Source: an uncultured virus (IMG/VR IMGVR_UViG_2643221865_000003) (taxonomy: Duplodnaviria; Heunggongvirae; Uroviricota; Caudoviricetes). Taken from it: a stretch of DNA of 64,000 bases. The position numbers were made by a program, and so were the translations under genes. Shown in pieces: positions 29,964 to 39,335 of this stretch; positions within the stretch are counted from its first letter, which is position 1, and the number at the start of each line of letters is the position of its first letter. The stretch lies in the IMG/VR virus record IMGVR_UViG_2643221865_000003; one strand, given 5' to 3'. The notes under the pieces were generated by a model, which saw only the letters and a program-made list of their open reading frames with translations, searched no databases and was not told the origin of the DNA.

Positions 29964-31049
29964 ATGACCGTCGACGTACGCAACAACATCCATGACCTCC
30001 TCGGCCGGTTCGCCGGCAAGGTCCCCACCGCCTCCAACTCCGTCCTCACCGCACTCACGCCGGTGGACACCACAGCCCCGCAGTTCGACGGGTTCACCTA
30101 CCAGGGCATCCACTTCGTCGACGAGTTCTCCCTCCTCGAACACATCGAAGACACCACCGGCGGGTACCGACCCGAGAACCTCCAGGAAGTGATGGAGAAC
30201 CTCACCCACCGCTACGGGGGCGCAGCCGCCACAAACTCCTACGTGTTCCCGCTCGCTGGAGCCGGCATCGACCCCGAGCAGGTCCCAGCATCCGACGCCC
30301 TCTACGGTGCCGTCGGATGGGACTACGAATCCCAGCCGGTCGACCACGACGAGGTCGTCGGCAACCTCACCCGCAACCACCCGGACGAAGCCCACCGCGT
30401 GAACTCCGACGGTCTCCACCGCACCACCGAGCAGTTCATCGTCGCGATGGCCGTCGAGCTCGGCATCGACCTGACCGACCAGAGCTCCTACGACGTCGAC
30501 GACTTCCCGAAGCCGATCGCATCCGAAGCTGTGGGCGCGGCCGACCTGCCCGCCCTCCGCCTCCCGTACTTCTCCGTCGACCACGGCCCGGAGACCGGAG
30601 AGTACGAAGAGCTGAACCCGACCGCCCACACTCTCCAGGACTGGGTCGACAAGTACGACGACGAGATCGGCGACTTCGGCCAGCGCGGCCAGCTCCTCGA
30701 CGGCGTCAACTGGCACGAAGACCCCATCCACTGCCTCGAAACCATCAGGGAGAACGCCGCCAAGCACAACATCGACCTCGACGCCCTCGGCGTGGAGCTC
30801 CCGAAGCCGCACAACTTCTGGCGCACCCCCAACGGGTTCCTCGCCACAGCCCAGGACGCCCTCGACGAGTGGGTGAACAACGCCGAGTTCCCCGAGTACG
30901 GCGACGCGAACCTGTCCGACGTCCTCTGGGACGGCACCGACTACGCACGCCGCGACATGGGCTGGAACATCCGCCAGATCCGCTTCAACGCGAAGAACCT
31001 CGGCATCGACCTGGACAGCTTCGGCACGAAGTTCCCGCAGGAGGTCTGA
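29964..31049 (+). CDS. acidic hypothetical protein (class B set)
   Basis: Leaderless after class B motif; N-terminal IHDLLGRFAGK. Confidence 0.8.
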   Translation: MTVDVRNNIHDLLGRFAGKVPTASNSVLTALTPVDTTAPQFDGFTYQGIHFVDEFSLLEHIEDTTGGYRPENLQEVMENLTHRYGGAAATNSYVFPLAGAGIDPEQVPASDALYGAVGWDYESQPVDHDEVVGNLTRNHPDEAHRVNSDGLHRTTEQFIVAMAVELGIDLTDQSSYDVDDFPKPIASEAVGAADLPALRLPYFSVDHGPETGEYEELNPTAHTLQDWVDKYDDEIGDFGQRGQLLDGVNWHEDPIHCLETIRENAAKHNIDLDALGVELPKPHNFWRTPNGFLATAQDALDEWVNNAEFPEYGDANLSDVLWDGTDYARRDMGWNIRQIRFNAKNLGIDLDSFGTKFPQEV

Positions 31050-31076
31050 ACGACTGCCGACCGACACGTTGCATGA

Positions 31077-31113
31077 AGCCGCTGCCGCCCATCACCCGGG
31101 CGCAGCGGCTTTT
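31077..31113 (+). terminator. intrinsic terminator
   Basis: AAGCCGCTGC...GCAGCGGCTTTT. Confidence 0.65.
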
Positions 31114-31139
31114 GCGTTGCCCCAGCTGGTCGCACTCAC

Positions 31140-32563
31140 TAACAGGTAGCGCGGATGCCCCCGGGATTCAGCCCGGGGAGGAAGCACTGCCTGTCACGTC
31201 TGACATTTCGGTGCAATGCCGCACATGAATGCACTGATGATTCGCCGTTATCGCTACGAGATCATGCCGGGCCCTGCCGCCCAGCAGTCTCTGGCGCGCG
31301 CCTTCGGGTGCGCACGAGTGGTGTTCAACGACTACGTCGCCGCGAACCGTGCCCGACACCTGAACAATCAGCCGTTCCTGTCCGATGTGGAAGCCCAACG
31401 CCTCCTGATCACGGCAGCGAAAAAGGCCCCGGAACGGGAATGGCTGGCTGAAGTGTCTGTCGTGTTGCTGCAGCAGTCGATCCGTGATGCCGGCACCGCG
31501 TACCGGAACTTCTTCAACTCCCTCTCCGGCCGCCGCAAGGGACGCCGGGTGGGGCTGCCGAAGTTCAAGTCCAAGCACCAGGGCGAGCAGTCGATCCGGT
31601 TCACCGTGAACGGGTTCTCCATCCGTGGCGGCCACACCAACACCCACCCGGACAACCCCACACCGGGACGCCTGTATCTGGCGAAGATCGGCACCATCCC
31701 CGTGCGCTGGTCACGAGCACTCCCGTCGGCACCGAAGTCGGTGACGATCACCCACACCCCGGATGGACGCTACTTCGCCTCCTTCACCGTCGACGTGCCC
31801 GAGAAGGCTGCGGTTGCGCCTGCCCATCCGGGCCGGGTCGCCGGCATCGACCTGGGGTTGAACGAGTTCGCTGCTGTGGTGTACTCCGACGGCACCCGGG
31901 AGATCATCGACAACCCTCGCTTTGCTCGTGCTGCCGCCCGCCGGCTGTCCCGAGCGCAGAAGTCCCTGAACCGTAAGGTGAAGGGCAGCAAGAACCGTGC
32001 CAAGCAGAAGCGCCGTGTGGCTTCTCTGCATCGGCACGTCGCCAATCAACGCCTCGACCACGCCCACCAGGTCGCTGCCCGGCTGATCCGTGAGAACCAA
32101 ACGATCGCCGTGGAGACCCTGAGCATCACCGGGCTGGCCAGGACGAGTCTGGCGAAATCCATCCACGATGCCGGCTGGGGCCAGTTCCTCAGCATCCTCG
32201 GCGCGAAAGCGGTCGAGCAGAACCGCACCGTGGCAGCAGCACCCGCCGGGTTCCCATCCACCCGGGCCTGCACCCTGTGCGGGACCAACAGCGGTGCGAA
32301 ACCGTTGCATGTGCGCATCTGGACGTGCGCGTGCGGTGCGGTCCTGGACCGCGACTACAACGCCGCCACCAACCTGCTGATGGTCGCCGGAGGACATTCG
32401 GAGACCCTAAACGCCTGTGGAGCAGATGTCAGACGACACCTCGCCCGACCCCGGTCGGACCGAGATGCCGCAATCCGCGACGAAGCAGGAACCCGCCCCA
32501 CCCGCACCCCCTCGAGGGTGCGGTAGAGGGAATCCCCGGCATTCATGCCGGGGAGGATGTCAA
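31140..32563 (+). mobile_element. IS200/IS605-family element, tnpB-only (non-autonomous)
   Basis: Related subterminal hairpins CCCCGGGATTCAGCCCGGGGAGGA (~31158-31182) and CCCCGGCATTCATGCCGGGGAGGA (~32534-32557); right end ...GATGTCAA. Left boundary approximate. Confidence 0.85.
31237..32526 (+). CDS. tnpB: RNA-guided endonuclease TnpB
   Basis: AFGCARVVFN; RuvC motifs GIDLG, IAVE, DRDYNAA; CTLC..CAC Zn finger. Confidence 0.95.
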   Translation: MIRRYRYEIMPGPAAQQSLARAFGCARVVFNDYVAANRARHLNNQPFLSDVEAQRLLITAAKKAPEREWLAEVSVVLLQQSIRDAGTAYRNFFNSLSGRRKGRRVGLPKFKSKHQGEQSIRFTVNGFSIRGGHTNTHPDNPTPGRLYLAKIGTIPVRWSRALPSAPKSVTITHTPDGRYFASFTVDVPEKAAVAPAHPGRVAGIDLGLNEFAAVVYSDGTREIIDNPRFARAAARRLSRAQKSLNRKVKGSKNRAKQKRRVASLHRHVANQRLDHAHQVAARLIRENQTIAVETLSITGLARTSLAKSIHDAGWGQFLSILGAKAVEQNRTVAAAPAGFPSTRACTLCGTNSGAKPLHVRIWTCACGAVLDRDYNAATNLLMVAGGHSETLNACGADVRRHLARPRSDRDAAIRDEAGTRPTRTPSRVR

Positions 32564-32645
32564 GAATCTGACAGCCGACATTCAGGCTCGCGCATAGGAA
32601 CAGGGAGGCACTACCCCGCACTCCCCGCCCAACGAAGGACCAGCT

Positions 32646-33020
32646 ATGCGAAACACCCTGAACCGTCTCCGCCGCGACCAGCGCGGAGCCATCAATGTCA
32701 TGAGCGTCATGGGCGCCATGTTCGTCGTCGCCGCTGTCGTCGGCTTGACCCTCGCGATCGTCGCCACTGTCTGGGTCCAGAACCTTCACGACGATCTTCG
32801 TGACGACATCCGTCACGCCGCAAGCCAGGAGTACGGGCTCAAGCTGACCGATGCGCAGGCGGAGAAGTTGATGCCGTACGACGCTCGACGCTCTGACGTC
32901 GAGGTTCACCCCGAGTACGGCGTGAAGATCGACGGCAAGCAGTACACCGTCCACTACGTCGACTCGACCGACGGTCCGCGTCTCGTCCAGCCGGACGGAA
33001 CGGAGCTGCCGAAGTCATGA
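32646..33020 (+). CDS. prepilin-like membrane protein, array member 1
   Basis: RLRRDQRG|A plus hydrophobic helix; C-terminal YGLKL..DG..PDGTELPK. Confidence 0.8.
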   Translation: MRNTLNRLRRDQRGAINVMSVMGAMFVVAAVVGLTLAIVATVWVQNLHDDLRDDIRHAASQEYGLKLTDAQAEKLMPYDARRSDVEVHPEYGVKIDGKQYTVHYVDSTDGPRLVQPDGTELPKS

Positions 33021-33184
33021 AGACCATCCTCAGCTTCCTCGACCACGGCCGTCCGGGAGGCATCGACCTCGTGTCCGTCTCGATCGGCGTGATCGCGATC
33101 CTGCTCGTGTCAGTCATCGCGACCGCAGCCATTGCTGGGCTCACCAACGCACTCGTCGGCCACGACGTCATCGTCTGGGGCTAA
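33017..33184 (+). CDS. 55-aa pilin-like hydrophobic peptide
   Basis: ATGA-coupled; GGIDLVSVSIGVIAILLV resembles AIDLASIMVGVIVI of 22624. Confidence 0.6.
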   Translation: MKTILSFLDHGRPGGIDLVSVSIGVIAILLVSVIATAAIAGLTNALVGHDVIVWG

Positions 33185-33284
33185 CAGCCACGACGCATCG
33201 CGGCCCATCCGCTGAATGCCAAAGGTCGCGCAGTAATCCAGCATCCCAACTCCCCTGACCCCGCACCTCGAAGGACAACCACCT

Positions 33285-33716
33285 ATGAACGACATCACCA
33301 CCCTCGGCGGCATCACCCTCAGCGCTGCAGACACATTCTGGCTCAACAGCATGACTGTCGCCTGCTTCTTCATCGCCTTCATCGCCGTCTGGTCGACCGC
33401 CAGCACTGCCTCTGAAGGCATGGCTAAGACGGCGGCAATCTCCGCCGTCGTGCTCGTCCTGGCCATCGTTGGCGGGATCGTCGGTGCGACCAGCGTCGGA
33501 AGCGCGGAGAGCAAGGCAGACAGCGCCAACCAGAAGTCCGTCATCGAGTGGGCTGGGGACCGGTACGACGTGGATCTGTCGAAGAACGCAGCAAACCTCC
33601 TCATCGACGGCGAGGTCGTCGCCGTCGACGGTGCCGGCGTGAAGCTCACCGTCGGCCAGGACGACGGCTACTACCTGCTGAACGTCAAGGGGCTCGTCGA
33701 GCTCCCCGTTAAGTAA
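33285..33716 (+). CDS. membrane protein, array member 2
   Basis: 2 TM; WAGDRYDVDL...VELPVK. Confidence 0.8.
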   Translation: MNDITTLGGITLSAADTFWLNSMTVACFFIAFIAVWSTASTASEGMAKTAAISAVVLVLAIVGGIVGATSVGSAESKADSANQKSVIEWAGDRYDVDLSKNAANLLIDGEVVAVDGAGVKLTVGQDDGYYLLNVKGLVELPVK

Positions 33717-33747
33717 CCCAACCCCGCATCTTCTGAAAGGCATCATC

Positions 33748-34188
33748 ATGCTGCACCTCAACAACGGCGGATTCGCCTTCACACTCCTCAAGCCCGACAT
33801 GACCGCGCCGCTGGTTGCGGCCGTCGCCCTCATCGTTCTCAGCGCAGCCGCAGCGGTCATCGCGTACATGTTCCCGACCGGGCGCATCAAGGCCGCCCTC
33901 GTCGTTGGGATCGGCGCCGTGCTGCTCTTTGCCGGCGGGGTCACAACCTTCGCCGTGTTGGCCGGAAATGTGATCTACGCCCAGCAGGATGCCCTCGCCG
34001 CGGACCACGCCCGGTTCATCGACTGGGCTGCCGACCGGTACGACATCACCCTCGACCAGGACACCGCCGACCAGATCATCTCCGGCCACACCATCCTCGT
34101 GAACGGCCGCGGCATCAGCTTCATCAAGTCCACCGACAAGAGCTACTACCTGCTCGCCGACGGCACCGAGCTGCCGCGCGCCCACTAA
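33748..34188 (+). CDS. membrane protein, array member 3
   Basis: 2 TM; WAADRYDITL...DGTELPR. Confidence 0.8.
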   Translation: MLHLNNGGFAFTLLKPDMTAPLVAAVALIVLSAAAAVIAYMFPTGRIKAALVVGIGAVLLFAGGVTTFAVLAGNVIYAQQDALAADHARFIDWAADRYDITLDQDTADQIISGHTILVNGRGISFIKSTDKSYYLLADGTELPRAH

Positions 34189-34231
34189 CGACGACCCCAG
34201 CGTCACCCATCCACTTTCGAAAGGCATTCCC

Positions 34232-34642
34232 ATGCGAACCATCCGGAACCGTCTCCGCCACGACCAGCGCGGAGCGATCACCCTTGAGGCAATCGCCTCC
34301 GCCGTCATGCTCCTCTGCATCGCCGGCCTCATCACGTTCGTCGCAGTGACTCTCGTCCAGGAGCAGCAGCACAGAGCGGAAGTCCAGGCGGAGTCCATCG
34401 CGGCCGAGGCTGCACAGAAGGCCGCATGGGACGACGCCACCGATCAGCTGCGCACCGGCGCCGCCCTCGACTACGGGCTGAAGCTCTCCGCACGCCAGGT
34501 GGACCGGCTCGTCAGCAGTAGCCACAACGAGGTCTCCGTCACCGTGAACGGCGAGCAGTTCACAGTCCACGCCGTCCCCGACCGCGGCGGGGACCTGGTG
34601 CTCGTCATCCCCGACGGCACTGAACTGCCGCACATCAACTGA
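34232..34642 (+). CDS. prepilin-like membrane protein, array member 4
   Basis: RLRHDQRG|AITLE with Glu at +5; YGLKL...PDGTELPH. Confidence 0.8.
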   Translation: MRTIRNRLRHDQRGAITLEAIASAVMLLCIAGLITFVAVTLVQEQQHRAEVQAESIAAEAAQKAAWDDATDQLRTGAALDYGLKLSARQVDRLVSSSHNEVSVTVNGEQFTVHAVPDRGGDLVLVIPDGTELPHIN

Positions 34643-34689
34643 TCGTCACCGACTGGCCCGTAACTCCACCTCCGAAAGGCACCATCCTC

Positions 34690-35139
34690 ATGCTTCACCT
34701 GAACACCACCGCCGGCTTCGTCAGCCAGAACCTCCCCCTGTTCCTCATCATCGCCATCTACGGCGCTGTCGGCGGCATCCTGCTCGCCGGCCTCATCTGG
34801 ACCGCCGGATGGGTCGCGAAGAAGGCGGTCACCAACCGGGCGCCCGGCTGGATCCTCAACAAGACCGCCAAGGGCACGACCATCGCCGCCGGCGCCCTCC
34901 TCTTCGTGTCCTTCTTCGGAACAGCCATCGGCGTCCCCGCCACCGCGGCCGCGAACACCGCCAGCATCACCGGCTGGGCTGCCGACCGCTACAACGTCGA
35001 CCTGACCGGGGACCTCGCCGAGCACCTGATGCGGCACGGCACCGTCAAGGTCGACGGCCGCACCCTCGCTCTCGCCCTCTCCGACGACGGCTCCTCCTAC
35101 CTGGTGTCCGGCGGCCACGAACTCCCGACCGTCAAGTAG
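34690..35139 (+). CDS. membrane protein, array member 5
   Basis: MLHLN start like 33748; WAADRYNVDL...GHELPTVK. Confidence 0.8.
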   Translation: MLHLNTTAGFVSQNLPLFLIIAIYGAVGGILLAGLIWTAGWVAKKAVTNRAPGWILNKTAKGTTIAAGALLFVSFFGTAIGVPATAAANTASITGWAADRYNVDLTGDLAEHLMRHGTVKVDGRTLALALSDDGSSYLVSGGHELPTVK

Positions 35140-35166
35140 CACACCACCCACGAAAGGCATGAACCC

Positions 35167-35499
35167 ATGAGCACCACCCAGGAACTCAATCGACGCATCT
35201 TCCGCAAGCGGATCGGCATCGGCGTCGCGGTCGCTGTTGTCGTGGCCGGAGCGGCCGTAGCACTCGGCTCCGCCGCAGGCTCCTACAACGAACGCGACGC
35301 AGCCATCCAGGCCACAGCGGCGGAGTACGGCATCACCCTCACCACGAACGACGCCGGCAAGCTCGCCGGGCACTCCGAATGGAACGAGACCACCCCGGTG
35401 CGCGCCAACGGGAAGATCGTCGACGTGACCGTCATCCACCTCAACAACGGCGAGTACGCGATCGTCAACGCTGACGGCAACGAACTGCCGAAGCGCTGA
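35167..35499 (+). CDS. membrane protein, array member 6
   Basis: 1 TM; AAEYGITL...ADGNELPKR. Confidence 0.8.
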   Translation: MSTTQELNRRIFRKRIGIGVAVAVVVAGAAVALGSAAGSYNERDAAIQATAAEYGITLTTNDAGKLAGHSEWNETTPVRANGKIVDVTVIHLNNGEYAIVNADGNELPKR

Positions 35500-35570
35500 C
35501 ACGCCTCGTCCGCACCACAGCGCCAAAATCCCCCGCACCCACCAACCGCGCAACCCCGAAGGAACCCCTC

Positions 35571-35909
35571 ATGCCCGCACCAGGCAAACAGGAATCAACC
35601 GGCCGCACCCACTGGCCCACCGTCTTTGCCGTCTTCGGCACCGTCCTGAGCCTGGCGGTTGTCGTCACGTTCGTCCTCGCCTGGTCAGTCGCCTCCCGAT
35701 CGCACTACGCAGCCATCGAAACAGCCGCAGCGGAGTACGGGATCGTCTTGAGCACCAAGGACGCGAACACCCTCGAGTCTACGATGGCCGACCACGGAAC
35801 CATCCCCGTGCGGATCGACGGGGAGGTCGTCCAGGTGGGGCTCGTGAAGCTCGCCGGCGGCGAGTACGCCCTCGTCGACGCTGACGGTGACGAGCTCACC
35901 AAGCGATAG
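35571..35909 (+). CDS. membrane protein, array member 7
   Basis: 1 TM; AAEYGIVL...ADGDELTKR. Confidence 0.8.
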   Translation: MPAPGKQESTGRTHWPTVFAVFGTVLSLAVVVTFVLAWSVASRSHYAAIETAAAEYGIVLSTKDANTLESTMADHGTIPVRIDGEVVQVGLVKLAGGEYALVDADGDELTKR

Positions 35910-36100
35910 CGCCACAAGCCCCGTCGCGGGACGACCCGCGTACGGGACACGGGGCCGCTCCTCCGCGTCCGAGCACTCGCCCAGCAGACAGCCTGAGCCC
36001 TTCGCCACATGTCGAACACACGTGGCAGGGCTCAGGCCCACTGGGCTGTGCTCATCGCCGCATACCTAAGGATGTGCGTCCGTAGGAGGGGCGAAGACAC

Positions 36101-37744
36101 ATGAAATCATTCACCAGCAAGGCAGCCATCGCCTGCACCATCATCGCCGCCATCACCTTCAACGGTGTCGGCGCGTACGCCGCCACCCTTTCAGACGCAC
36201 CCGAGCTGTCGGCGCAGTCCGCAGAAACCGCTCCTGCAACCGACAAGTACAACTTCGCGGCCGCGTACCGGGCGTCGAACGCCTTCAGCGCTTCCGCTGC
36301 CACCATCGCCGAACTCGTCGCCGCGGCCGACGCCTTGAAAGCTGCGATCGACACCGATTCAGACGATGAGACCCTCACCGGCCTGATGAGCTCCACCGAT
36401 GTTGCGTTGGCCGCAGTCCAGAAGTCCGTTGCGGTCTACGCCACAGCCCGGACGGCTCTCGCTGACCAGACCTCGTTGACCGCCAAGGACCTGCCGAAGG
36501 GCACCATCGACGCGCAGAGGACCACCGCTGCAGCACTCACGAAAGCGCTCACCGACCTGGCGCCCGACGCCACCGTCAGCGCAGCGACGAAGACAGTTAC
36601 GGCCTGGACCACGAACGTCCGCGGCTACCGGCCAGCGAAAGCAGCAGCCACCACCGTCTCCACCCAGATCACCGCGCTGCGGAAGGCGAAGGCCTACCCC
36701 GCAGCGACGATCGTCACGACAAACGAGGCGGCGAACGCACTGAACGCCGTCAACGCAGCGCTGAACGCCACCGTCCCGCAGACCGTCACACTGAACGCAG
36801 CCACCACCCGCGGGAAGAACGCCGTCGCCGCCTGGAAGAAGAGCGACGCCGACCGCGCCGCCACCTACAAGACAGCCGGCACCGTCTACAGCGCCGCATC
36901 CGCCACCTACAAGAAGTACGCCACGACCGTCAGCACCGTGTACTCGAACCCGCTGAAGACGACGATGGCAGCTCTCGCCGCAGGGATCCACACGGCCACC
37001 CCGTCGCAGCTGACGACGCTCACCAGCAAGGCGAAGACCGCCACCGCCAACGTCACCGCGGCCGCCGCGAAGCTCGCCATCGCGAAGACAACATTCGCGA
37101 ACGGGTCGACCTCACAGAAGGTGTACACCAGGGTTCCCGCTGCGCAGAAGGCCGCACTGGCGAAGGCTCTTGCTGCGCTGAAGTCGTCGATCAACGCCAA
37201 GTCGTCACCGGCGACGCTGCAGGTTCACATCACCGACGTGAGCTCGAAAGCTGCAGCTGTCAAGCAGGCCCACATCAACGCCCCGGTGCGTGAACAGCTG
37301 GAATGGGTGTCCGCGTATGCGTGGGCTCGCGGGTACGGCTGGGGTCACGAGTACATCTACAACGAGGACTGCGCCAACTTCGCATCCCACTCCCTCTACA
37401 TCCGTGGTCTCGGACCGCAGGTGCTGAACATCTCCTCCACCGCCCTTCGCAACCACCTCGTCGGCCGCGGGTTCCGGGAGACTGCAGACAGCCAGGCTGC
37501 TCGCCGTGCCGTGAAGCTCGGAGATGTGATCCAGTTCGATTGGCAGCCGAACGGGAACACCTCGGACCGTGACCACACCGGCATCGTCACCCGGATCGAC
37601 AAGAACGCCAACGGCACGATCACCATCCGGTACACCGCTCACACCGACCCTGGGAACGACCCGAAGGTGAACCAGACCATCGAGGCGTCCCTCGCCGACA
37701 ACGGTCACGACCGCAACGGCCGGGTGTACTTCATCAGCATCTAA
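36101..37744 (+). CDS. secreted Ala/Thr-rich helical protein with C-terminal amidase (Amidase_6/NlpC-P60-like) domain
   Basis: Signal peptide ending AYA; DCANFAS, GDVIQFDW, DHTGIVT, YTAHT. Confidence 0.8.
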   Translation: MKSFTSKAAIACTIIAAITFNGVGAYAATLSDAPELSAQSAETAPATDKYNFAAAYRASNAFSASAATIAELVAAADALKAAIDTDSDDETLTGLMSSTDVALAAVQKSVAVYATARTALADQTSLTAKDLPKGTIDAQRTTAAALTKALTDLAPDATVSAATKTVTAWTTNVRGYRPAKAAATTVSTQITALRKAKAYPAATIVTTNEAANALNAVNAALNATVPQTVTLNAATTRGKNAVAAWKKSDADRAATYKTAGTVYSAASATYKKYATTVSTVYSNPLKTTMAALAAGIHTATPSQLTTLTSKAKTATANVTAAAAKLAIAKTTFANGSTSQKVYTRVPAAQKAALAKALAALKSSINAKSSPATLQVHITDVSSKAAAVKQAHINAPVREQLEWVSAYAWARGYGWGHEYIYNEDCANFASHSLYIRGLGPQVLNISSTALRNHLVGRGFRETADSQAARRAVKLGDVIQFDWQPNGNTSDRDHTGIVTRIDKNANGTITIRYTAHTDPGNDPKVNQTIEASLADNGHDRNGRVYFISI

Positions 37745-37761
37745 CCCGACAGCACGAAGAC

Positions 37762-37799
37762 GGAAGCCGGCCGCGGCCCACACTGCGCGGTCGGCTTTC
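37762..37799 (+). terminator. intrinsic terminator
   Basis: GAAGCCGGCCGCG...CGCGGTCGGCTTTC. Confidence 0.65.
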
Positions 37800-37845
37800 G
37801 GCATCCTCCGAGGCTGAAATCCAGTCATCCGCACATGTTGGTGGC

Positions 37846-38169
37846 ATGAAGAAGAACTCACGCCAGGCCCGATCCGCTGAACGACGCCTCAGTCGGGTCG
37901 TCCAGATCTCCACCATGTCGAAGAAGCGTGCCTACGCTGCACCGCTGATCGCCTTGACGTCCGGGGCAGCTGTGTTCCTCATCGCCATGGCCGGGCTTGC
38001 GATCTCCGATCTGAACGGGACCAGCGAGGAGCTGTTCAACCCGGTCGCAGCCATCGGGTCGCTCCTACTGCTCGCCGGGTTCGGGATGGTGCTCCGTCTG
38101 CACTACATGGACGTCCACGCGGAGATCCTGCACGCCGAAAGCCGCCTCGACCGCGCCACCAACGCCTGA
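37846..38169 (+). CDS. membrane protein (2 TM)
   Basis: Leaderless, 8 nt after class A motif. Confidence 0.75.
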   Translation: MKKNSRQARSAERRLSRVVQISTMSKKRAYAAPLIALTSGAAVFLIAMAGLAISDLNGTSEELFNPVAAIGSLLLLAGFGMVLRLHYMDVHAEILHAESRLDRATNA

Positions 38170-38205
38170 GCCGCACACCTACGAGAGCAACGGGAAGGTC
38201 ACCAC

Positions 38206-39249
38206 ATGTCCGAGTTCAACGCCCAGCATCCGCGCCGCAACGACGGCACCAAGGAGCGGACCCTGTTCGCCGTGAAGGACCAGCCTGCCGGCGCCCCGAT
38301 CGACCCGACCCCCACTCCGCAGGAGCGGATCGAGGCGACCGTGGAAGTCCAGTGGATGGACTACTCGAAGAAGCCGAAGAACGGCGACCTCCGCACCGGA
38401 GAAGCCACCATCGGAGTGGACTCGTACACCTCGGACGAAGCCCCGATCGCATTCGTCGCCACAGTCAGCTCATACCGTTCCGACGAGAACGGCGAGCCGG
38501 CATTCGTTCCGGTGCAGCACCTGTTCCGTGAGATCGACGGTGAGCTGTACGGGCAGCACTTCGAGGGCCGTTTCCGCGACAACCCTGTCGCCGTGGACGC
38601 CGCCTGGTTCGAGAGGAAGGCAGGCGAGCTCTCCTACCGAGGCGAACGGTCCATCGAATCGGCGGCCCGCACCGCCGAGCTCCGCATCCAGGACTTCATC
38701 GCCATCGACGGGCAGCTGTGGGAGAAGACCCGCGAGCCCGCCTACCAGGTGATCACGTTCGGTCTCAGCGGCCCGAACAGCACCAGCCTCTCCATCGTGA
38801 ACGCACCCCACCCGGAGGACAACGAAGACAGTTGGGACGACAACGTCTCGGATGAGTGCTACTTCCCGGCAGACCAGTACGAAGCCGCCGTCGAGTACGC
38901 GCTGAAGGTCGCGGAGAAGCGCGGCGACACCGGCGCTCTTGGGCGCATCCGCGGCACCGTCCCGATCGAGATCACCGGCGGCTACAAGCCCGGGACCGTC
39001 TGGACTCCCGCACCTCGCCTCGACTACGTCCCCGTCTACGACTCCCGGTTCGGCACCGCGGACTTCGCTGAATCGCTCGCCGATTTCCGCCGGCAGCTTG
39101 CAGAGCTCCCCGGCGTTGTCACCCGGACCGACGACGGGTTCGGCGGCACGAGCGTCACCATCGACTACTCGAAGCTCACGACACGTCAGGCAGGCGACTA
39201 CAAGGAGTACCTGGCCCGCGAAGAGGAGCTCCGCCGACTCGGGCGCTGA
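38206..39249 (+). CDS. hypothetical protein (class B set)
   Basis: Class B motif 38170; N-terminal FNAQHPRRNDGT...FAVK. Confidence 0.8.
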   Translation: MSEFNAQHPRRNDGTKERTLFAVKDQPAGAPIDPTPTPQERIEATVEVQWMDYSKKPKNGDLRTGEATIGVDSYTSDEAPIAFVATVSSYRSDENGEPAFVPVQHLFREIDGELYGQHFEGRFRDNPVAVDAAWFERKAGELSYRGERSIESAARTAELRIQDFIAIDGQLWEKTREPAYQVITFGLSGPNSTSLSIVNAPHPEDNEDSWDDNVSDECYFPADQYEAAVEYALKVAEKRGDTGALGRIRGTVPIEITGGYKPGTVWTPAPRLDYVPVYDSRFGTADFAESLADFRRQLAELPGVVTRTDDGFGGTSVTIDYSKLTTRQAGDYKEYLAREEELRRLGR

Positions 39250-39335
39250 ACCCGCCACACATGTAAGGGGATGGTCGGGCGTTCATCGACACTGGTCTGG
39301 GCGCCCGATACACCCTCGCCACACACTTACAGGTC

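Noticed and set aside
32564..32585. Second target of the TnpB guide within the window
   Set aside because: No match seen by eye; needs a real search.
36012..36027. Second LexA box (TCGAACACACGTGG)
   Set aside because: Only one half-site matches, and it lies in a class C spacer.
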